From a virus, in IMG/VR virus record IMGVR_UViG_3300045988_162176, positions 32,001 to 96,000 of that record: DNA of 64,000 bases; one strand, 5' to 3'. Below are positions 62,005 to 64,000 of this stretch, piece after piece. The stretch's first letter is position 1, and each line of letters opens with the position of its first letter. The notes beneath the pieces are model-generated. The model saw only the letters and a program-made list of their open reading frames with translations, had not been told where the DNA came from and searched no databases. A program made the translations under genes and the position numbers.

Positions 62005-62304
62005 CTAAAATTCTGACTTTTTCAATGTAGGAGTAATATCTAAATTAGAATTTGCACTTGTACGAGTATAAGTAGAACCAGCCCAATCTGACCCCCAGAT
62101 GTCAGCCTTGGTAGTAACATACTTCTTATATTTGCAAGAAAGTTTTACAGAAAGACACTCAGGATAATCTTTAATACTTTTTTTGAGCTCATTAAAAGAT
62201 TCTTCTGCTTTGACCACATCCTCTGTGTATTTACAAATTGCTTCGTTTTCACATCCTGAACAAACACTTGGAATATATTCTCGACCTGTATTAAGTACCA
62301 TCAT
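62005..62304 (-). CDS. hypothetical Cys-containing protein
   Basis: 99-aa ORF; ends at TAG (read-through adds 2 codons). Confidence 0.65.
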   Translation of the reverse strand: MMVLNTGREYIPSVCSGCENEAICKYTEDVVKAEESFNELKKSIKDYPECLSVKLSCKYKKYVTTKADIWGSDWAGSTYTRTSANSNLDITPTLKKSEF

Positions 62305-62818
62305 TGTTTTCTTCTCCTTCCTTATAATATTCTTGTAAAATCAAATTATAACATAGCGTATTAGGATGATAATATGGATTATCATAAATCTGACTATCAT
62401 CCCCAGTAAAACATTTCATAATACCAGCACAAACACCAGAAGAACGACTAATGCCAGCATTACAATGAACAATAATTACATCAACCTTATCCCACCACTT
62501 ATTGACAAAATCAATAACTTTTTTAGCATCTTCTTTTGTCATCAGTTGATAAATACGAGACTCATAAACAAAACCATCTGAATTAGTATAGTTTTCTACA
62601 ATTAGACCTTCATCCTTCTTCCAGTACTGCATACCCTTATAGGGCTGAATATCATCAAAGAAAAGAGATAATTGAGCCTTAATATTATTAAATTTATTAG
62701 GAAGTTGACGCACGCCAATCTCGATAGAATCATTAATGCTAATTACAACAGAATTCTCTTCATGAGAACCATAGCTATATTTAACACAATCTCTACGACT
62801 CATAACCTTAAACTGCAT
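62291..62818 (-). CDS. Cys-based (PTP/dual-specificity-like) phosphatase
   Basis: 175 aa; active-site signature VHCNAGISRS (HCx5R[ST]). Confidence 0.75.
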   Translation of the reverse strand: MQFKVMSRRDCVKYSYGSHEENSVVISINDSIEIGVRQLPNKFNNIKAQLSLFFDDIQPYKGMQYWKKDEGLIVENYTNSDGFVYESRIYQLMTKEDAKKVIDFVNKWWDKVDVIIVHCNAGISRSSGVCAGIMKCFTGDDSQIYDNPYYHPNTLCYNLILQEYYKEGEENNDGT

Positions 62819-62848
62819 CGGAAAAATCTCCTTTCTTATTTATATAAT

Positions 62849-63187
62849 TTAATCTAAACTTATTTTACGTCTATATCTACATTCTCTGACAAACCAATCT
62901 TGCAATTCTTTTACAGTCATTGGTTTTGGGGGTGGTTCTAATTTATATTCTCCATTTTCATCCAAAGGTTGACCAGTATAACAATAAGCTCTAACATAAC
63001 ATTCTGCCGCAGGAACCATATCTTCTGGATTTTTTACATAATGGTCAGCTATAAATCCAACCGCAAATTTTCCAGCAGTAGTATAAGTTTTTACGTGCCT
63101 TGACAGGCAAAGATATTGTCCTCTATCAACTGGCTTATTATTATATTTGTATTCTCCTAAAGCACAACCAACATCCCACAGTTCCAT
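62849..63187 (-). CDS. hypothetical protein
   Basis: 112-aa ORF. Confidence 0.65.
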   Translation of the reverse strand: MELWDVGCALGEYKYNNKPVDRGQYLCLSRHVKTYTTAGKFAVGFIADHYVKNPEDMVPAAECYVRAYCYTGQPLDENGEYKLEPPPKPMTVKELQDWFVRECRYRRKISLD

Positions 63188-63275
63188 ATAATAATCTGTA
63201 TCTGTAGGATAAATCTTTGTGCCTTTTACATTTAGATTGCTAAAATCAATTAACTACTTTGCTCTTGCAATATTT

Positions 63276-64000
63276 TTAAACAGACTCATTGGTAAATACC
63301 TTCTGACTAATAAAGTCTTTACCTTCTTCACTTGTTAAAATTGGCATTTCATAATCAAGAATCCACTTATAACGAATAGCCTCCTGACCATCTTTGCCAA
63401 TAACAGTAGTAGGAACACGATATGCACAAGTACCACGTTTCTCTACTGTTGTATAATCGTTCCAGTTTACACCCTTTTCAGTAAACATCTTATCCTGTAA
63501 TTTGGTAGTATTAATACCATGAAGTTCTTTTTGAGAATACAAAGATTGAGCAACTGCCTGAATAGAATTTCGAGTACAATCCTGCTGTCTCCAAACAAAA
63601 TAATTATGCACTTCAAAGGCAGGGACAACAAATACTCTACTATCAAAGGTGGGCATTTCTTTTCCCTTACGAACCATTTTCCAATCGTAAGAATCTTGAT
63701 TCATATTAAAGATATCTAAGGTTGTATCAATAATAGTATTCTCGGCAAAATAATTATTAAACCAAAGAGTACAAAGAGCCGCAGATGTACTAACAATTTT
63801 TTGAATATTATTGTCAAACCATGGCTGAGAATTTCTTTCGCTCTGAATCATGACAAGAGAAATTTCATCTGACTCAACATAACCAAACTTAACATTTGGA
63901 ATAATTTCACAGAGCTTAAGCATAGTCTGTTGCATGGTTTTAACAAAAATAGGGTCAAAAGGTTTCTTCATACCACGGCAGAATGAATGAAAATGAGCTC
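63276..64000 (-). CDS. Thg1-like protein (tRNA-His guanylyltransferase family 3'-5' nucleotidyltransferase), N-terminus beyond the window
   Basis: GYVESDEISLV, FDSRVFVVP..EVHNYFVWRQQDCTRNS match Thg1/TLP motifs; the frame stays open upstream of the listed Met to position 64000 (..AHFHSFCRGMKKPFDP). Confidence 0.8.
   Translation of the reverse strand, partial: AHFHSFCRGMKKPFDPIFVKTMQQTMLKLCEIIPNVKFGYVESDEISLVMIQSERNSQPWFDNNIQKIVSTSAALCTLWFNNYFAENTIIDTTLDIFNMNQDSYDWKMVRKGKEMPTFDSRVFVVPAFEVHNYFVWRQQDCTRNSIQAVAQSLYSQKELHGINTTKLQDKMFTEKGVNWNDYTTVEKRGTCAYRVPTTVIGKDGQEAIRYKWILDYEMPILTSEEGKDFISQKVFTNESV

Overview
AT-rich segment of a large bacteriophage genome. Nearly all genes are on the minus strand. 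About 117 CDS are tightly packed, most without recognisable function, and many fall into tandem paralog families. More than 25 copies of a sigma-70/sigma-A-type promoter (A/T-rich UP-like tract, TTGACA, 17 nt, TAtaaT) punctuate the gene train. Eleven genes are open only if TAG is read as a sense codon, and a tRNA with anticodon CTA is encoded at 49679-49749. Recognisable proteins are: TnpB (IS200/IS605-type element), a C5 DNA methyltransferase, a Ro60-like TROVE/DUF2828 + vWA protein, a radical SAM enzyme, a YkuK-type RNase H-like protein, a Bax-inhibitor-like membrane protein, a SPOR-domain cell-wall protein, a CYTH protein, a macro-domain protein, a Cys-based phosphatase, a polyprenyl diphosphate synthase and a Thg1-like 3'-5' nucleotidyltransferase that runs off the window end. 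Positions about 49.6-61.7 kb form an RNA-gene island. It holds about 21 tRNA or tRNA-like genes, several of them atypical, including two tRNAs with 58-59 nt insertions in the anticodon loop that are themselves tRNA-shaped. It also holds a roughly 13-copy family of structured RNAs, here called E-elements: a covarying closing stem followed by the motif ACAGCAA. Several E-elements enclose circularly permuted, closed-acceptor tRNA-like domains. Another E-element copy sits in the 5' leader of the Ro60-like gene, so I propose a phage Ro/Y-RNA-like ribonucleoprotein system as the most interesting hypothesis. Other large non-coding RNAs are an about 0.8 kb unit with its own promoter and terminator (32.0-32.9 kb) and several 0.3-0.5 kb structured regions inside the tRNA island. 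All coordinates were derived by eye, so ends may be off by a few nt.
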